Virus record (IMG/VR): IMGVR_UViG_3300015370_000023
Span: 1 to 46,491 of that record
Length of the DNA stretch: 46,491 nucleotides
Source of the DNA: a virus
Taxonomy: Duplodnaviria > Caudoviricetes
Strand: one strand, 5' to 3'
Part shown: piece by piece, positions 45,456-46,491 of the stretch
Position numbering within the stretch: the first letter of the stretch is position 1
Layout of the letters: each line of letters starts with the position of its first letter
Position numbers and translations under genes: made by a program
Notes under the pieces: model-generated
The model's input: only the letters and a program-made list of their open reading frames with translations
The model's database searches: none
Told to the model about the DNA's origin: nothing

Positions 45456-46491
45456 ATGCAAGTATCATTTGATATTTATAATCAGCCTGAACGTCCATCA
45501 ATAGTTTTATGTAATCCTGATGGGGAACAACTTTATTCTTTAGAATCTGCTTATAATGTTAAACCAATATTAAGATTTAATGCTCAAAGTGAAATTGAAT
45601 TTGATTTTCCTAAGTATATCGATGGAGTTGAACTTCCAGGTTTTGATTATCTTCAATCTAAAAGACTTGTTTTGTTAGATGGAATAGGTTATTTTATTAT
45701 TGTCGATCCTGAAAAAAGTGATGATGGGGGAACTCCCATTAAACATATTAAAGGATATAGTAGAGAATCTGAACTTGTTTTTAAAAAAATAAACATATTA
45801 TCAGGAACATATAAATTGTACAACGAAGATGATCCAACAGACACAGATACATTGGTTGGACTAATTCTTTTCTATGCTCCCAATTGGAGTGTTTCACAAA
45901 TAGATTCAACTTTGATTGATTTGTATAGAACATTTAATATTACAGATACTAATCTATATCAATTTCTTACATCAGATGCTTCAACTGCGTATAATTGTTT
46001 TTTTATTTTTGATTTTTTAAATAGGTCAATAAAAATATTAGATGTTGAAAGAGACATAACGGCAACAGATGTTTATTTATCTTTTGATAATTTGATAAAA
46101 GATCAGGACTATAATGAAATTAGTGAAGAAATAACAACTGCATTATATTGTTACGGTGGTGGTAATCTAACTATTAGAAATGTGAATCCGTTAGGAACAA
46201 ATTTAATTTATGATTTTTCTTATTATAAAAATACCAATTGGATGTCTCAAGATTTAGTAGATGCAATAACCGCATGGGAAAATAAAATTGAATTATATAA
46301 AGATGATTATTTTGCATATTCTATTTTGTTGACAGATTATCAAACCGAATTAGTAACAGAACAAACGACATTGGTGGAACTTCAATCTCAATTAGCTGTT
46401 TATCAACAAACCTACGATGTAAGAAGTGAACAAGGATTAGATACAACAGAAATAGAAGCATTGATTGATCAACAAGAAATTTTGATAAATA
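45456..46491 (+). CDS. Tail-associated/baseplate hub protein (Tal, YomG-like), truncated by the window end; not in ORF track
   Basis: AGGAGG RBS, ATG at 45456, MQVSFDIYNQPERPSIVLCNPD...ITTALYCYGGGNLTIRNVNPLGTNLIYDFSYY; appears open to the end. Confidence 0.8.
   Translation, partial: MQVSFDIYNQPERPSIVLCNPDGEQLYSLESAYNVKPILRFNAQSEIEFDFPKYIDGVELPGFDYLQSKRLVLLDGIGYFIIVDPEKSDDGGTPIKHIKGYSRESELVFKKINILSGTYKLYNEDDPTDTDTLVGLILFYAPNWSVSQIDSTLIDLYRTFNITDTNLYQFLTSDASTAYNCFFIFDFLNRSIKILDVERDITATDVYLSFDNLIKDQDYNEISEEITTALYCYGGGNLTIRNVNPLGTNLIYDFSYYKNTNWMSQDLVDAITAWENKIELYKDDYFAYSILLTDYQTELVTEQTTLVELQSQLAVYQQTYDVRSEQGLDTTEIEALIDQQEILIN

Noticed and set aside
1-46491. Alternative genetic code or a diversity-generating retroelement
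   Set aside because: Genes are full length in the standard code using TAA, TAG and TGA stops; no reverse transcriptase or TR/VR pair seen.

Overview
AT-rich segment of a large tailed-phage (or phage-plasmid) genome whose gene order closely parallels the SPbeta late region. The order is: YonO-like single-subunit RNA polymerase, HU-like protein, metallophosphoesterase, terminase, portal, protease/scaffold, capsid, head-tail proteins, tail tube, RusA-like resolvase, tyrosine recombinase, tape measure, Dit-like and Tal-like proteins (the last truncated by the window). The ORF track hides the most interesting structure. (1) A group I intron with a GIY-YIG endonuclease (6296-7394) splits the RNA polymerase inside its catalytic D^FDGD motif. 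(2) A second group I intron with a Myb-like-repeat/PD-(D/E)xK-type nuclease (40095-41571) splits the tape measure gene. (3) A non-autonomous IscB/omegaRNA element (30733-32274) sits exactly between the ribosome-binding site and the ATG of a virion gene. (4) An 18-bp palindrome, ATAAAA-N6-TTTTAT, recurs at six late-gene junctions. (5) The left end holds an iteron-type origin candidate with an apparently autoregulated HTH initiator. About 2 kb away is a dif/cer-like site flanked by a nearly C-free tract and a 277-nt G-free tract. Also present are an atypical tRNA-Met(CAU), a ferritin inside the head operon, a GC-richer Asp-box cassette and a candidate structured ncRNA. All calls come from reading motifs by eye; no searches were run.
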